Below are positions 10,675 through 21,630 of a stretch of 64,000 nucleotides of DNA, one piece after another (the stretch's first letter is position 1; the number at the start of each line of letters is the position of its first letter). The notes beneath the pieces are model-generated. The model was not told the origin of the DNA, did no database searches, and worked only from the letters and a program-made list of their open reading frames with translations. A program made the position numbers and the translations under genes. Location: positions 1-64,000 of the forward strand of contig CAWHVC010000001.1 in assembly GCA_963832745.1 (NCBI GenBank). Direction: 5' to 3'. The DNA comes from Candidatus Bathyarchaeota archaeon (GTDB taxonomy: Archaea > Thermoproteota > Bathyarchaeia > Bathyarchaeales > Bathycorpusculaceae).

Positions 10675-11679
10675 CACGTGATGTCATACTTTTAATTTCG
10701 TTAGGATTATTATTCATCAAAAAATGGAATTTCAATATTTCCGGAAGAGCAAACTTTTCGTTGATTACCTACTTTTTTTCGATTTCTATATACTGGACAC
10801 TACTTACGGTATAACATTCTATGATGGCATAAAGCAGAAAACCTACCCCCAAACCCAAAAATACGCCAGTCTGCTATATTCCCAAAAATAAAGCCAAGTC
10901 CTAACCCCAAAAATAAGCCAGAAGGAACAAGTAATTAGTTTTCGATAAAAATGGGGTTAGCTGTGGGAGACATCGCCATTCTGGTTAAAAATACCTCACC
11001 CCGGCCACATTACGTGCTTTCTTGCACCTTGGTCGCTATTTAATTTTTCGACCAATATTTGCTTGGCTTCTTACAGTCATGTTAAACACCTTATTTTCGT
11101 TTTCGGAAAGTTTTGCCATTAACTCAATATCATTCTTAACTAGCTGCAGTTTCCTCGAAGGCTTCCTTTATCCAACCTACTTTTCTTATCCATTTTGAGT
11201 TAAAAATTATTTTTTCTTATTTTTCAGTGTTCGTTGGCCTCTCGGGGCAAACATAAGCTGGGGCAAAAGGTGAAACTTCAACTCATTGGGTAACCCACGT
11301 CACATTGTTTATGTTGTGAGTGTTGATATAGTCAGTGAATGTTGTCTTAAAAACCCGCGTGTTATTGGATTAAAAATGGGTGCGCTCGTTGACTTGGATT
11401 TTGTTTTTGGGTGGCTTTATTTTTTTTTCCACAATTTTCAGGTTTTGTTTGAATTTGTTGTTTTATTTGTTCTGATTTTTCTTTTTACAAAAATTTTTAT
11501 TGTAAGTTATATTAGTACTTACATAAATCTGTTACATTTTATCTGAAAAGTTCCAAAAATTGAATTCTTCTAAAAAAATTCTATAAAAAACTAATCAAAT
11601 AACCCTGAATATCGCAAGTATTATATACCTTTTACATGCACAACTAAAAGCCATAAATTAAGGAGAGAAGAGAAAAAAA

Positions 11680-14202
11680 TTGAATATAATAAATAAAAAA
11701 GCAATATCTTCTACAATCGCAATACTACTAATCGTTTCGATGGCATTGACAATCGTTGCAACACCAAACTCTGCCAATGCACAAACAAGCACAATCAAAA
11801 CCTACCCATTCGTTGAAGCTATCCCTAATCCAGTTGGGGTAAACCAAAAAACACTGATTAACTTTGGTCTTTTGAACTTCCTTAACGTTGACGGTGACGG
11901 TTGGAACGTAACCTTAACAATCACTGATCCACAAGGTCACACACAAACTGTTGGTCCATTAAAGACATGGTCAACCGGAACAGTCGGCTACAGTTTCACA
12001 CCTGATCAAGTCGGCGACTACATTCTGCAGTCACACTTTGCACAAACTAACTACACTTACGTATCATATGGCGTGACAATGGGTGGAACCTATGCAGCAA
12101 GTGACAGTGACGAGTACGTCCTGACAGTAACAGAAGAACCAACACCACAATATCCGGGGCACTCCTTGCCAACAGAGTATTGGAGTAGACCAATTGATTC
12201 ACAACTTCGTGAATGGTGGTCAATCGCAGGAAGTTGGGTAGCAGTACCTACAAACCTATATGCGCCATACAATGATGGGCCAAAAACGGCACACATTCTG
12301 TGGAACATGGAGATAGGTGACACAGCTGCAGGTCTAATGGGCGGCAGTTCAGGCGACCACGGATACGGCATAGGCGATGCATATGAAGGCAAATTCTCAG
12401 GCTCGGTAATCGTAGACGGTAGACTAATCTACAACGTGATGGGCAGTCCATTTTACTCAACAGTTCCAACACAAGAAGTGAGATGTGTTGACCTTCACAC
12501 TGGCGAAGTTGTCTGGTCTAGACAATTAAACAACAATCCAACTTTGAGATTAGCTTTTGCACAGAACCTTTACTGGGACTGTCTGAACTACAGAGGTGGC
12601 TTCTCATACATTTTTGCTACATCTGGTACAACATTAATGGCATTTGAAGTCGAAACAGGAAACTGGGTATTTAACTACACAAATACACCCTCAGGTACAA
12701 ACTATTGGGGACCAAACGGTGAATTCCTCCGCTATTCTATTGTAAACTATGGAAACGCATCAAGTCCAAACTATCACTTGCTTAGATGGAACTCAAGTTA
12801 TGTAGCTATGCACGGAAGAACTGGCATGCAAGAAAGCTGGGGCAGTACAGTACAAGGAATGACCTTTGACGCAAGAAACGGATATGACCTTAACGTTTCA
12901 ATCGCTTCGGATGTTGGAAGCCAGGGCAGTATAGTATATGCATTCTCAGGTGACAGAATCCTCGGAGGAAACGTTAGCACAGCAGGTGTAACTTTTTGGG
13001 GCTTAAGTCTACAACCCGGACATGAAGGAGCAAAGCTTTTCTTAAACACTTGGACAGCACCATCAGAATGGAAAGACCTAACCGTAGCCAACAGCATCGG
13101 ACAAGCCGGTTGGACAGCGTTCAGCTTAGAAGACAAAGTTGCAATGTACTGGACAAAAGAAAACAGAGTCAGCTACGCTTTTAGTTTAGACAACGGTCAA
13201 TACCTATGGGAAACTGAACCGCAAGACTACAAAGATGCTTGGAGTGACACAATCAGCCTGACATTCGGTCCAGACAAAATTATTGCATACGGCAAATACT
13301 ACTCAGCAAGCGTAGCTGGTGTAGTTTACTGCTATGACATAACCAACGGCCAACGATTATGGACTTACAATGTAACTGATCCATACACTGAATCATACCT
13401 TGGCAACACTTGGTGGGTATCACCCTTATTCGCCACAGACGGCATGGTCTACTTCGGTAGCTTGGAGCACTCTCCACTTGACCCTAAGCCAAGAGGAGCA
13501 CCGTTCTTTGCACTCAATGCAACCACAGGTGATGTTATCTTTAATGCGCCAGGATTGTTCCGTCAAACACGTTGGGGTGGTCGCGCAATCATCGGTGACA
13601 GCGTCATCGCAACAATGGACACATACAACCAAGAAGTCTATGGTATCGGCAAAGGCCCAAGCCAAATAACTGTTTCAGCACCAACCACAGCAGTAACCGC
13701 AGGTACACAAATGATCATACAAGGTTCAGTAACCGACATTTCACCCGGCACAAACGCTGATTCAATCAAAATGAGATTCCCCAACGGTGTCGCAGCAGTA
13801 GCAGACGAATACCAAAGCGACTGGATGCTTTACGTCTACAAGCAATTCGAGCAACCAACCGTTACAGGTGTTCCAGTCTCAATTGATGCAGTTGATCCAA
13901 ACGGAAACTATGTACACCTCGGTGATGCAGTAAGCGATTCAAGCGGCTTATACAGTATAGTTTGCGCTCCAGACACTGCAGGTCAATACACAGTCTACGC
14001 AACATTCGGTGGTTCTGAAGCATACTATAGCTCATACGCTCAAACTGCAATGGTGGTAGAAGGCGTAACTTCAACACCAACACCAACAACCGAGCAATCG
14101 ACAATTGAGCAATACTTCATTCCAGCTGTCGCTGCAATTATTGCAGTAGTTGTCATAATCGGTATCTTGCTGGCACTGTTGTTGCTCAGAAAGCACCCAT
14201 AA
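11680..14202 (+). CDS. Secreted PQQ-like beta-propeller repeat surface protein with C-terminal anchor
   Basis: Signal peptide; repeated 'D..TGE..W' propeller motifs; Ig-like C-domain, TP linker, TM helix and basic tail. Confidence 0.85.
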   Translation: MNIINKKAISSTIAILLIVSMALTIVATPNSANAQTSTIKTYPFVEAIPNPVGVNQKTLINFGLLNFLNVDGDGWNVTLTITDPQGHTQTVGPLKTWSTGTVGYSFTPDQVGDYILQSHFAQTNYTYVSYGVTMGGTYAASDSDEYVLTVTEEPTPQYPGHSLPTEYWSRPIDSQLREWWSIAGSWVAVPTNLYAPYNDGPKTAHILWNMEIGDTAAGLMGGSSGDHGYGIGDAYEGKFSGSVIVDGRLIYNVMGSPFYSTVPTQEVRCVDLHTGEVVWSRQLNNNPTLRLAFAQNLYWDCLNYRGGFSYIFATSGTTLMAFEVETGNWVFNYTNTPSGTNYWGPNGEFLRYSIVNYGNASSPNYHLLRWNSSYVAMHGRTGMQESWGSTVQGMTFDARNGYDLNVSIASDVGSQGSIVYAFSGDRILGGNVSTAGVTFWGLSLQPGHEGAKLFLNTWTAPSEWKDLTVANSIGQAGWTAFSLEDKVAMYWTKENRVSYAFSLDNGQYLWETEPQDYKDAWSDTISLTFGPDKIIAYGKYYSASVAGVVYCYDITNGQRLWTYNVTDPYTESYLGNTWWVSPLFATDGMVYFGSLEHSPLDPKPRGAPFFALNATTGDVIFNAPGLFRQTRWGGRAIIGDSVIATMDTYNQEVYGIGKGPSQITVSAPTTAVTAGTQMIIQGSVTDISPGTNADSIKMRFPNGVAAVADEYQSDWMLYVYKQFEQPTVTGVPVSIDAVDPNGNYVHLGDAVSDSSGLYSIVCAPDTAGQYTVYATFGGSEAYYSSYAQTAMVVEGVTSTPTPTTEQSTIEQYFIPAVAAIIAVVVIIGILLALLLLRKHP

Positions 14203-14207
14203 ACAAA

Positions 14208-14232
14208 TCTTCCTTTTTCTTTTTTTGTTTTG
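14208..14232 (+). terminator. Poly-T archaeal terminator
   Basis: TCTTCCTTTTTCTTTTTTTGTTTT directly after the stop codon. Confidence 0.6.
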
Positions 14233-14312
14233 TAACTAAAACTTAGATTTAAATTGTCAATGAATTAGGTTTTTGAAATTTTTTGATTGTTAAATAAAAA
14301 AGGGTTTTACCG

Positions 14313-15002
14313 TTAAGAAACCTGCAGAACGTTTGAGTCTACAAGGTTCCATTCAACGGTTAACATGATTTTGGGGTCAGAATATATTTGGATGTCTTTA
14401 AATTCCACAAGCATTCCTGTTTGGCTATCAAAGTAAACATAAGAGTAATCATAGTACATTTTAGAGTAAGTTAAATCGGTAGTATCGTAAAATTCGCCCT
14501 GCATTTGTAAAACATTTGTTTGCCTGTCACCATTTAGATATGTTTTTGTCTGAGTTTCGTTGACTGTCGCCCCGTCAGGCATGCCTGACCGAACAAGATT
14601 TCCTTGAGTCAAATTAGCTTCGTAAATACCCCAGAAATCTTGACTGTTAACTCCAGTTGCAATGTTAGCTTTTCCGCTGTAATTGTATTGAGTTCCGTTT
14701 GTAAATTGCCATGTAACATTATATGAAACGATTGGCGCTTCAACGTTTGTTATGGTTACACGGTAGTAGTCTGTCATGTTTACTTCTTTAAAATTATCGG
14801 GTATTATAGCGTCATCGCTGCCAAGATCTGCGATTCCTGTCATGTTGTAAGTGAATGTGTCGCCTGCTTTTACTCCAACTTTAACTGTTGATGTATGCGC
14901 TGCTCCTGCATCCTGTGGCGCTTGAAGTGCATAGAATGCACCAACTGATGCGACCACCAAAACTGCAAGTACAATTATTGCAAGGTATACTTTCTTTGGC
15001 AT
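14313..15002 (-). CDS. Secreted or membrane-anchored hypothetical protein
   Basis: N-terminal hydrophobic helix; VGVKAGDTFTY and YFDSQTGMLVE motifs. Confidence 0.8.
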   Translation of the reverse strand: MPKKVYLAIIVLAVLVVASVGAFYALQAPQDAGAAHTSTVKVGVKAGDTFTYNMTGIADLGSDDAIIPDNFKEVNMTDYYRVTITNVEAPIVSYNVTWQFTNGTQYNYSGKANIATGVNSQDFWGIYEANLTQGNLVRSGMPDGATVNETQTKTYLNGDRQTNVLQMQGEFYDTTDLTYSKMYYDYSYVYFDSQTGMLVEFKDIQIYSDPKIMLTVEWNLVDSNVLQVS

Positions 15003-15092
15003 TGGCTATGAAGGGTTATATGTGGTATATAGTTTTTTTGCCAAATCTGTTTAAAATAAAAAGAAAAAGATTGATGCTAAAATGTATTGAAT

Positions 15093-17753
15093 TTAGCGTT
15101 TAACCCACTTTTTATTTAACACTGCAACGATTGTGACAGCGACTATTACTATTGTTATGATGCTTGCTCCAATAACTATCCACTGGTTCGTTGGTTGCGG
15201 TTGGTTCTGGGTTTGGTCGCCGCTTAAAGCCATAACTATCGAGTGGGTGCTATGTGTGTACGTAATGGTAATTATCCACGCATCTGTATCTTCTGAACTG
15301 CTAAATGTAACTTCACTTCCATCAAGGTACACTTTCAATCTTGAAATATCGCTAATCAAAGTTTTCGGAACGTTAACGTTTACATATCCTTTCGTACCTG
15401 TCTCTCCAGAAGCAACAAAGCTTAACTCACTATTTTCAGATCTAAAATCTAACTGCGAAATTGTAGAGTTAGACATCATCGTAAACACATATTCTCCATA
15501 ATTATCAGTTGTTGCAGGTTCTATGGCAAAGTTTACTGTTGCTGTCGCTTGATTATATTCAGAGTTTGCGGCACATTCAGCTTTAAACATAAAGATACCT
15601 GAAGCAGGAGATACCCACACGGCGTTAAATTTGCCATCGCCTCCAGTGTTTACTAACGTTAGGCTTTCCCAGTTCTTGCCGCCGTCTTTACTGTAATAAA
15701 GCTGAACTGCTTTACCTGACAATGCTGAACCGCTGTTTGATAGTAAGCCGTTGATTTCTACTTTGAATCCATTGCTGATTGCCGTGCTTTTGCATGAAAC
15801 ATCAATTGTTGGTGTTGGCTTGTTTGGTGCTGGAGTTGCAGTTGGCGTTGGGGTGGCGTTCGGAGTAGGCGTAGTTGTTGGCGTTGGGCTTTGTGATGGC
15901 ACTGGGGTTATTGTGGGTGTTGGAGTTGGTTGGGTTGGTGTTGGAGTGAGCAAAGGCTGAGCTGAATCTGAAACTTGTAATTGAATTATGAGGTTGGTCT
16001 GTGTGTCTTCTATTGAAACCCAGTGATTTCCATTGTCTGAGGTTGGAATTGTTACGGTAGTTTCAAAAGAACCTGTTGAATTTGCGATTGTTGTTCCAAT
16101 AATTGATGCACTTTGCCATTGGTCTGCAGTTACAGTTCCTACAACTGATGCTCCATCCCACCTGATATAAACAATGCCTGGGTGGAAGAAGCTGCCTGAA
16201 ACTTTTATTGAATCTCCCGGTCTGACTTGGAAGTTATAGTTTGCAAAGTTAGTGTTGTCGCCGTAGAGGTAGTTTGCTGTTTTTGTTCCAACTTGTTTTA
16301 GTCCTCGGGCGTTTTGCGTGTAGTCAGCGTAAGCAAAAACTCTGCCGTTAACCTCTGATCTAAATGACAACAAATAAGACGCGTTGTATGAGTCGCCTGA
16401 ATAGCAAACTTTCTTTAAATCAGGGATTTCAACATTAAGATTGATTCTTCCTGATGAATCGGCATAAATTGTTGTCCAATAATTCCAAGTGCCATATTGG
16501 TCATCGCGGTAACTAATGTCAACAGGGTTTCCTGCTGGGTAACCTGTTCCTGTAAATTGGACGTTTGCTCCTCCTGAGCCTGAGGCTGGTGAAATCTGTA
16601 AGCTTCCTGAGGTTACCAGAATTCTGATTATTATTGTGCCTTCTGAATCTTCAACTGCAATGTAGTGTTCTCCCCCGTCAATATTGTTCGGAATGGTTAC
16701 TGACGCTTCAAAAGCGCCTTGATTGTTTGCTATTGCGTTTCCAATTTGTATTGCGTTGTTCCATTGGCTGCGGGTTACTGACCCAACGATTGCTTCGCTG
16801 TCAAGGAGAACGTAGATTGTTCCTGGGTGGAACCATTTGCCTGTGATTGTGAAAGTGTCTCCTGCCTTGACTTTTAGGGTTGATACCAAATTACTGCTGT
16901 TTCCATAAAGTCCATAAGCTGTTTGGTCACCAATACTTTTGATTCCTTTGGCATATTGGTCATATGTTGCAAAACTGTATGCTAAACCTTGATACTGTGT
17001 TTTGTATTGAAGTCGATTGTATGTTTCTGGGTTGTCTCCTTGATAGTTGGATTTTCCTAAATCTGGAATTTCTGCATAAAAGGAAAAACTGCCCGAAGCA
17101 TCAGTTACTGCTTTTTTCCAAGCTCTGTACTCTGAATATGCCGGGTCATAATATGCAACATCTATGGCTGTATTTGCTGGGTAACCTGAACCTGTGAAGT
17201 GAGCATTAATTCCTCCAGGTCCAGAATTCGGTGTGATACTAAATGTTGTTTTATAACTTAAAGGATTAACAATAATGAATGTGTCAGTAACAGCAACAGT
17301 TCCTGTGTCTGTTTCTGAACCTGCTTCGCCAAAATCAAAAGCTTTTACAGAGTAGGTTCCTGCAGGCATGTTGCAGGCAAAAGTTCCGTTTACCCAGTTG
17401 TTTCCGATGGTCCAGGTTCCTTCACCGTTAGTGTAACTTGTTTTAGTTGAAGGGTCCTGTAGGTTTGCTACTGAAAACTTGGCTGAATAAATGTAGTCTC
17501 CTGATGAGACTGTAGTTGAAAGGTCATGGCTTAAAAGTAGGTAAAACTGGTTGCCTGACCACATGATGCTAGGGTCTCCAAAATACAGGTTTACGTTGTC
17601 GCCGGCGTTAACCTGCTGGTTTGGGGTGCTGGCGGTGGTTCTGTTTATTCTGATTGCGCCAGTGGATGAGTAAACCAGGCTGATTTGTGTGGGGGTAAGA
17701 ATTGCTATTGCTAATACTGCTATTAATAGAAGTTTAACTTTTTTATTTAGCAA
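15093..17753 (-). CDS. Large surface protein with duplicated Ig-like modules, PT linker and C-terminal anchor
   Basis: Signal peptide; two ~210-aa internal repeats (FTG.GYPA, EIPDL, FHPG); long PT tract; TM plus KKWVKR. Confidence 0.85.
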   Translation of the reverse strand: MLNKKVKLLLIAVLAIAILTPTQISLVYSSTGAIRINRTTASTPNQQVNAGDNVNLYFGDPSIMWSGNQFYLLLSHDLSTTVSSGDYIYSAKFSVANLQDPSTKTSYTNGEGTWTIGNNWVNGTFACNMPAGTYSVKAFDFGEAGSETDTGTVAVTDTFIIVNPLSYKTTFSITPNSGPGGINAHFTGSGYPANTAIDVAYYDPAYSEYRAWKKAVTDASGSFSFYAEIPDLGKSNYQGDNPETYNRLQYKTQYQGLAYSFATYDQYAKGIKSIGDQTAYGLYGNSSNLVSTLKVKAGDTFTITGKWFHPGTIYVLLDSEAIVGSVTRSQWNNAIQIGNAIANNQGAFEASVTIPNNIDGGEHYIAVEDSEGTIIIRILVTSGSLQISPASGSGGANVQFTGTGYPAGNPVDISYRDDQYGTWNYWTTIYADSSGRINLNVEIPDLKKVCYSGDSYNASYLLSFRSEVNGRVFAYADYTQNARGLKQVGTKTANYLYGDNTNFANYNFQVRPGDSIKVSGSFFHPGIVYIRWDGASVVGTVTADQWQSASIIGTTIANSTGSFETTVTIPTSDNGNHWVSIEDTQTNLIIQLQVSDSAQPLLTPTPTQPTPTPTITPVPSQSPTPTTTPTPNATPTPTATPAPNKPTPTIDVSCKSTAISNGFKVEINGLLSNSGSALSGKAVQLYYSKDGGKNWESLTLVNTGGDGKFNAVWVSPASGIFMFKAECAANSEYNQATATVNFAIEPATTDNYGEYVFTMMSNSTISQLDFRSENSELSFVASGETGTKGYVNVNVPKTLISDISRLKVYLDGSEVTFSSSEDTDAWIITITYTHSTHSIVMALSGDQTQNQPQPTNQWIVIGASIITIVIVAVTIVAVLNKKWVKR

Positions 17754-17960
17754 ACGCTAAACTCTCCAGCTAATTTGTTGCTTTTTATTATATTTTAATT
17801 TATTGACACAATCTGTATTTTTTTGGATTTTTACTTACAATTTTTATCATTTACATTGTTTATTGGGTGCGAATTTTTGTAAAACTTGTTAGCAACAAAT
17901 AATTCTGATAAAAAACCTAAAATAAGAAAATTTTAACTTCCAACGCACAAAATAATTACT

Positions 17961-19313
17961 ATGCAAAAAAGGTTTAAAACCCAAAAAACAACTTTTGTAG
18001 TCTCCATAATTCTAGTAATAATCACTTTATCAACCATAGTCATTGTTCAATCAGGCAGTAAAAACAGCCTAAACCCGCCTGCATTTGTAGGTGTATCTTA
18101 TGGCGGTAGCTCTGTTTCTGAAGGCAAACAATTAATCGACAAAGTAAAGGGTTACACTAACCTTTTTGTTCTTCAATCAGGCAGCCTCCAAAGAGACTTC
18201 GATTCAGTAAATGAGTTAGGCGATTATGCGGTTTCTTCAGGCATGTATTTTCTGCCTTACTTTGGCAATTACGTTGAATCTTCATTTTCGGTTTGGCTTG
18301 AATCGGCAAAGCAGCGATGGGGTAACCATTTGCTTGGAATCTATTACAGTGATGAGTTAGGCGGCAAAATGCTTGATGACTACACCGAATTCGCCGATTC
18401 CTCAGGTGATGTTACAACAAAAACACGTTACAGTGACATAGTCGTTAAAAGAGCAAACGGTGAAACAGTTCACTACGAAATTAACGGCAACATTAACGTT
18501 TTAGAACCCGGCACAGATGGTCAAACCGATGTTTACTTAACCTATTATCCTAACGGAACAATAATAGCTAAAGACTCAGCGGTTTCTTCTAGTTCAAATA
18601 CGTATCAGCAACTACTAAGTGAACGACCATTCCAAACCTATGATGAAGCAGCCCAAAAATTCATAGCCAAAAACCAAAAAGAAATCGGTTTTCTAAAAAA
18701 CCAAACAACCGTTTTCACTTCTGATTATGCCCTTTACTGGTTTGATTATCAAGCAGGATACGACGTATTGCTTGCGCAGCTTGGATGGAACATTTCTTTA
18801 AACCAGCAAATCGCGCTTTGCCGTGGCGCTGCTAACGCTCAGGGAAAAGATTGGGGTGCCGTAATAACTTGGAAGTATAATCAGCCGCCTTATCTTGACA
18901 ATGGCCAAGAAATTTACAATCAACTAAAAACTTCGTATGAATGTGGAGCAAAATATTTTGTGCTCTTCAACTATTATGAAGAAGGTAAATCAAACCCTTA
19001 CGGGACACTTACAGACGAGCATTTTCAAGCGTTGGAAAACTTTTGGAATGAAGTAATCAATAATCCTTCAGTGATTCATGGGTCGGTTAAGGCGGATTCT
19101 GTCCTGGTTTTGCCTAACAATTTTGGAGGCGGGCTTCGTTGGCGGGATGATATTGTTTGGGGCGTGTTTAAGGCGAACGAAAATAGTGGCAAACTTTGGG
19201 ATTCAACTCAATCAGCTTTGGCAAGTCACGGTTACGCGTTGGATATCGTGTATGAAGACGCTGCTTACCCCTTATCTACTCAGTACAAGAACATCACAAA
19301 ACCGCTACAGTAA
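17961..19313 (+). CDS. Membrane-anchored extracellular hypothetical protein (possibly glycoside-hydrolase-like fold)
   Basis: N-terminal TM; GIYYSDELGG and FTSDYALYWFDY motifs; function not assignable. Confidence 0.75.
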   Translation: MQKRFKTQKTTFVVSIILVIITLSTIVIVQSGSKNSLNPPAFVGVSYGGSSVSEGKQLIDKVKGYTNLFVLQSGSLQRDFDSVNELGDYAVSSGMYFLPYFGNYVESSFSVWLESAKQRWGNHLLGIYYSDELGGKMLDDYTEFADSSGDVTTKTRYSDIVVKRANGETVHYEINGNINVLEPGTDGQTDVYLTYYPNGTIIAKDSAVSSSSNTYQQLLSERPFQTYDEAAQKFIAKNQKEIGFLKNQTTVFTSDYALYWFDYQAGYDVLLAQLGWNISLNQQIALCRGAANAQGKDWGAVITWKYNQPPYLDNGQEIYNQLKTSYECGAKYFVLFNYYEEGKSNPYGTLTDEHFQALENFWNEVINNPSVIHGSVKADSVLVLPNNFGGGLRWRDDIVWGVFKANENSGKLWDSTQSALASHGYALDIVYEDAAYPLSTQYKNITKPLQ

Positions 19314-19387
19314 ATACCCGTGTCTATTACACGGTTTTTTGAATAATTTTATATTGCCCTGTCTTCTAGCTTTGAGGTGATGTGTGT

Positions 19388-20737
19388 ATGCGCCAACCTG
19401 ATATTGCAACTTTACTGCTTATTCTGCTTATCCTCTCAAGCTGCTTAACATTCATCTGCCATGTGCAAGCATACACAACGGTAACCGGCACAATAACAAA
19501 AAATACTACTTGGACGAAAGCGGGCAGCCCCTACAATATTTTGGGAAACGTGTTTGTAGCTTCAGGCGTCACTTTAACTATTGAACCGGGGGTTATTGTG
19601 AACTTGGATTCGTACTATCTCTATATTAATGGTACTCTGAACGCCCGTGGCACACCCAGTGACAAAATTGTTTTTCAAAAAAGCAGCAATAGCACCACTT
19701 TGTATTCAACCAGCCAAATCACGTTTGCTCCGGCAAGTCAAGGCTGGGATGAAGCAACTGGTAAAGGTTGTATCCTCGAAAATGCTGTGTTGAATTCTAT
19801 TATTCTTTCAATTGCCAGCTCGCCCATGATTTCTAGTATAGAAACTGATCAGCCTATATGGATTAGTTATGGTTCACCGACAATCGCCGACAGTCACTTT
19901 AACATTCAAGATGGCATAAATATCCTGTATAGTTCACCCACTTTCATTAACAATGTAATTGTCGGCGCCGGTGAAGTTAGTGGGAACGCGGTGTTTGGTT
20001 CGGGCAACGTTACTCTTATAGGAAACAAAATTTCGAATTTCGGAAGCGCGATTAACCTTTATTCAGGTAATTGGTTGATTAGTGGTAACATCCTAAGTGA
20101 CTGCCGTATAGGTATAGGGTTAAGTGGCAACTCAAAAGTATCCATTAAGGGAAACCTGATCAATAATAACACTTTATATGGTGTTAATGGTGGAAACGCA
20201 GTTATTGATTCTAACACGATTACTAACAATGGCATCGGCATCCACAACCCCCCGGGCGATTCAATTATTTTTAATAATAACATTTTAGGCAACACCATAA
20301 ACAGCGTCACAGCGACTACGCCGGATGTTACTGCATCCCTTAACTGGTGGGGCACAACAGACCTTGCCGCGGTAAACCAGACAATTTATGACCATTACGA
20401 TGATGAACAATGGGGAACCGTTACATTTACTCCGATCTTGACTTCTCCAAGTTTAGATGCACCTGCAATTCCAGAAGTGCTTCTTGGACCAATTGTAACG
20501 CCACCTTCAACTGAACCCACCGAGCCGCCAGTGTCAACAACTCAGCCAACCCCAGATTATACGCCAATGCCAATCGTTGACCACAATATAGTTAAAAGCA
20601 ACAGTAATCAGGACCGGTCTATTTTGAACTTAAATAATTTGGTTCTAGTCGTGGCTGTTCCGCTTGCAATTGTTTGGGCAGTTGTGCTTCTGGGTTACCG
20701 TTTAAAGGCTAAAATTGGCACTCTTAGAAAATCTTAG
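19388..20737 (+). CDS. Right-handed beta-helix (pectin-lyase-like) surface protein
   Basis: TTWTKAGSPY..GVTLTIEPG N-terminus, Asn-ladder repeats, NWWGT, PT linker, C-terminal TM. Confidence 0.8.
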   Translation: MRQPDIATLLLILLILSSCLTFICHVQAYTTVTGTITKNTTWTKAGSPYNILGNVFVASGVTLTIEPGVIVNLDSYYLYINGTLNARGTPSDKIVFQKSSNSTTLYSTSQITFAPASQGWDEATGKGCILENAVLNSIILSIASSPMISSIETDQPIWISYGSPTIADSHFNIQDGINILYSSPTFINNVIVGAGEVSGNAVFGSGNVTLIGNKISNFGSAINLYSGNWLISGNILSDCRIGIGLSGNSKVSIKGNLINNNTLYGVNGGNAVIDSNTITNNGIGIHNPPGDSIIFNNNILGNTINSVTATTPDVTASLNWWGTTDLAAVNQTIYDHYDDEQWGTVTFTPILTSPSLDAPAIPEVLLGPIVTPPSTEPTEPPVSTTQPTPDYTPMPIVDHNIVKSNSNQDRSILNLNNLVLVVAVPLAIVWAVVLLGYRLKAKIGTLRKS

Positions 20738-21630
20738 AAGAATTCGTCTTTAAAGCCCTCATCATCCATGAGTGGTTCGCCATCTTCTCCTGTTGTCTGT
20801 TCTTCCTGCTGTTTGGGTTTTGATGATGGTTGAGGATGTTCGTCTTGTTTTGGTTGTTCTTCGTCTTTAACAAGCTCATTGAACGGTTTGTGGCATTTGC
20901 TACATTCAAAAATTTTGCCGCCGCAAACTGGACAAGCCACGTCTTGTTCAATCAAACTTTTCATGATGGCTGCCAATGCTTCCCTATTCCGTAGCACCCG
21001 TGGATCAATTGCTGGAATTTCCGGCTCCAGCTCGGGTTCAGGTTTGGGTTTTGGCGGGGTTATTTCTCGGTAAACTTTGCTGATGCTTGTTTTGCCTTCA
21101 CGTAGCTTCTGTTTGTCTTCTTCGCTGGCGTTTTCGATAATTTTTTTGCCGCGTTCGAGAGTGCGTGTTGAGACGCCTGCTTTTTTGGCTACTACTTCTG
21201 CTGCTTTGGCTTTAATTTGGGGTTCAAGGGGCTGCGCGTCATCTGGCTCTATGCCCAGTTGGCTGTTTCTGCCGTTTTTTCCTCCAACGCTTTGCCGCTG
21301 TTTTGCCAATGCTTTTTCTATTTCAAGCAGGGGCACTGCGAGTTCGACAAGCTGAAAATTGTTTAAGTGGCGTCGGCGTAGGTTGGCTTCTATTACGAAT
21401 TTTTTTTCTATAAGTTTGTCGTCGAATTTGCGTATTTCAAAATCCGGGTCAATTCCAAGTTCAGTGCAGGCGCGGAATCGGTGGTGTCCATCTAAGACTT
21501 CAAGGTTTTCGTTGGCGATGATTGGGTAATGCTGGCCTTCGGTTCGGATGGATTCTTTGAGTTGCTCAAACTCTTCTTGTGTCATTGTAGGCAGCATCTT
21601 TTCATATTCAGGGTTCAAACGTAAACTCAT
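20734..21630 (-). CDS. ParB-like protein (ParB N-domain, HTH, Zn ribbon, acidic tail)
   Basis: VLDGHHRFRAC (GxxRxxA), EANLRRRHL, HTH AEVVAKKAGVSTRTLER, CPVC-x6-CSKC; probable start MSLRLN at 21630. Confidence 0.85.
   Translation of the reverse strand: MSLRLNPEYEKMLPTMTQEEFEQLKESIRTEGQHYPIIANENLEVLDGHHRFRACTELGIDPDFEIRKFDDKLIEKKFVIEANLRRRHLNNFQLVELAVPLLEIEKALAKQRQSVGGKNGRNSQLGIEPDDAQPLEPQIKAKAAEVVAKKAGVSTRTLERGKKIIENASEEDKQKLREGKTSISKVYREITPPKPKPEPELEPEIPAIDPRVLRNREALAAIMKSLIEQDVACPVCGGKIFECSKCHKPFNELVKDEEQPKQDEHPQPSSKPKQQEEQTTGEDGEPLMDDEGFKDEFF

Noticed and set aside
11286-11546. 86-aa ORF upstream of the PQQ-like gene
   Set aside because: Arises from T-rich intergenic DNA (poly-Phe/Val); likely spurious.
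15810-15950. GTTGG-type tandem repeats (similar tracts near 46450-46530 and 51720-51800)
   Set aside because: They encode Pro/Thr linkers of surface proteins; not CRISPR or independent DNA repeats.
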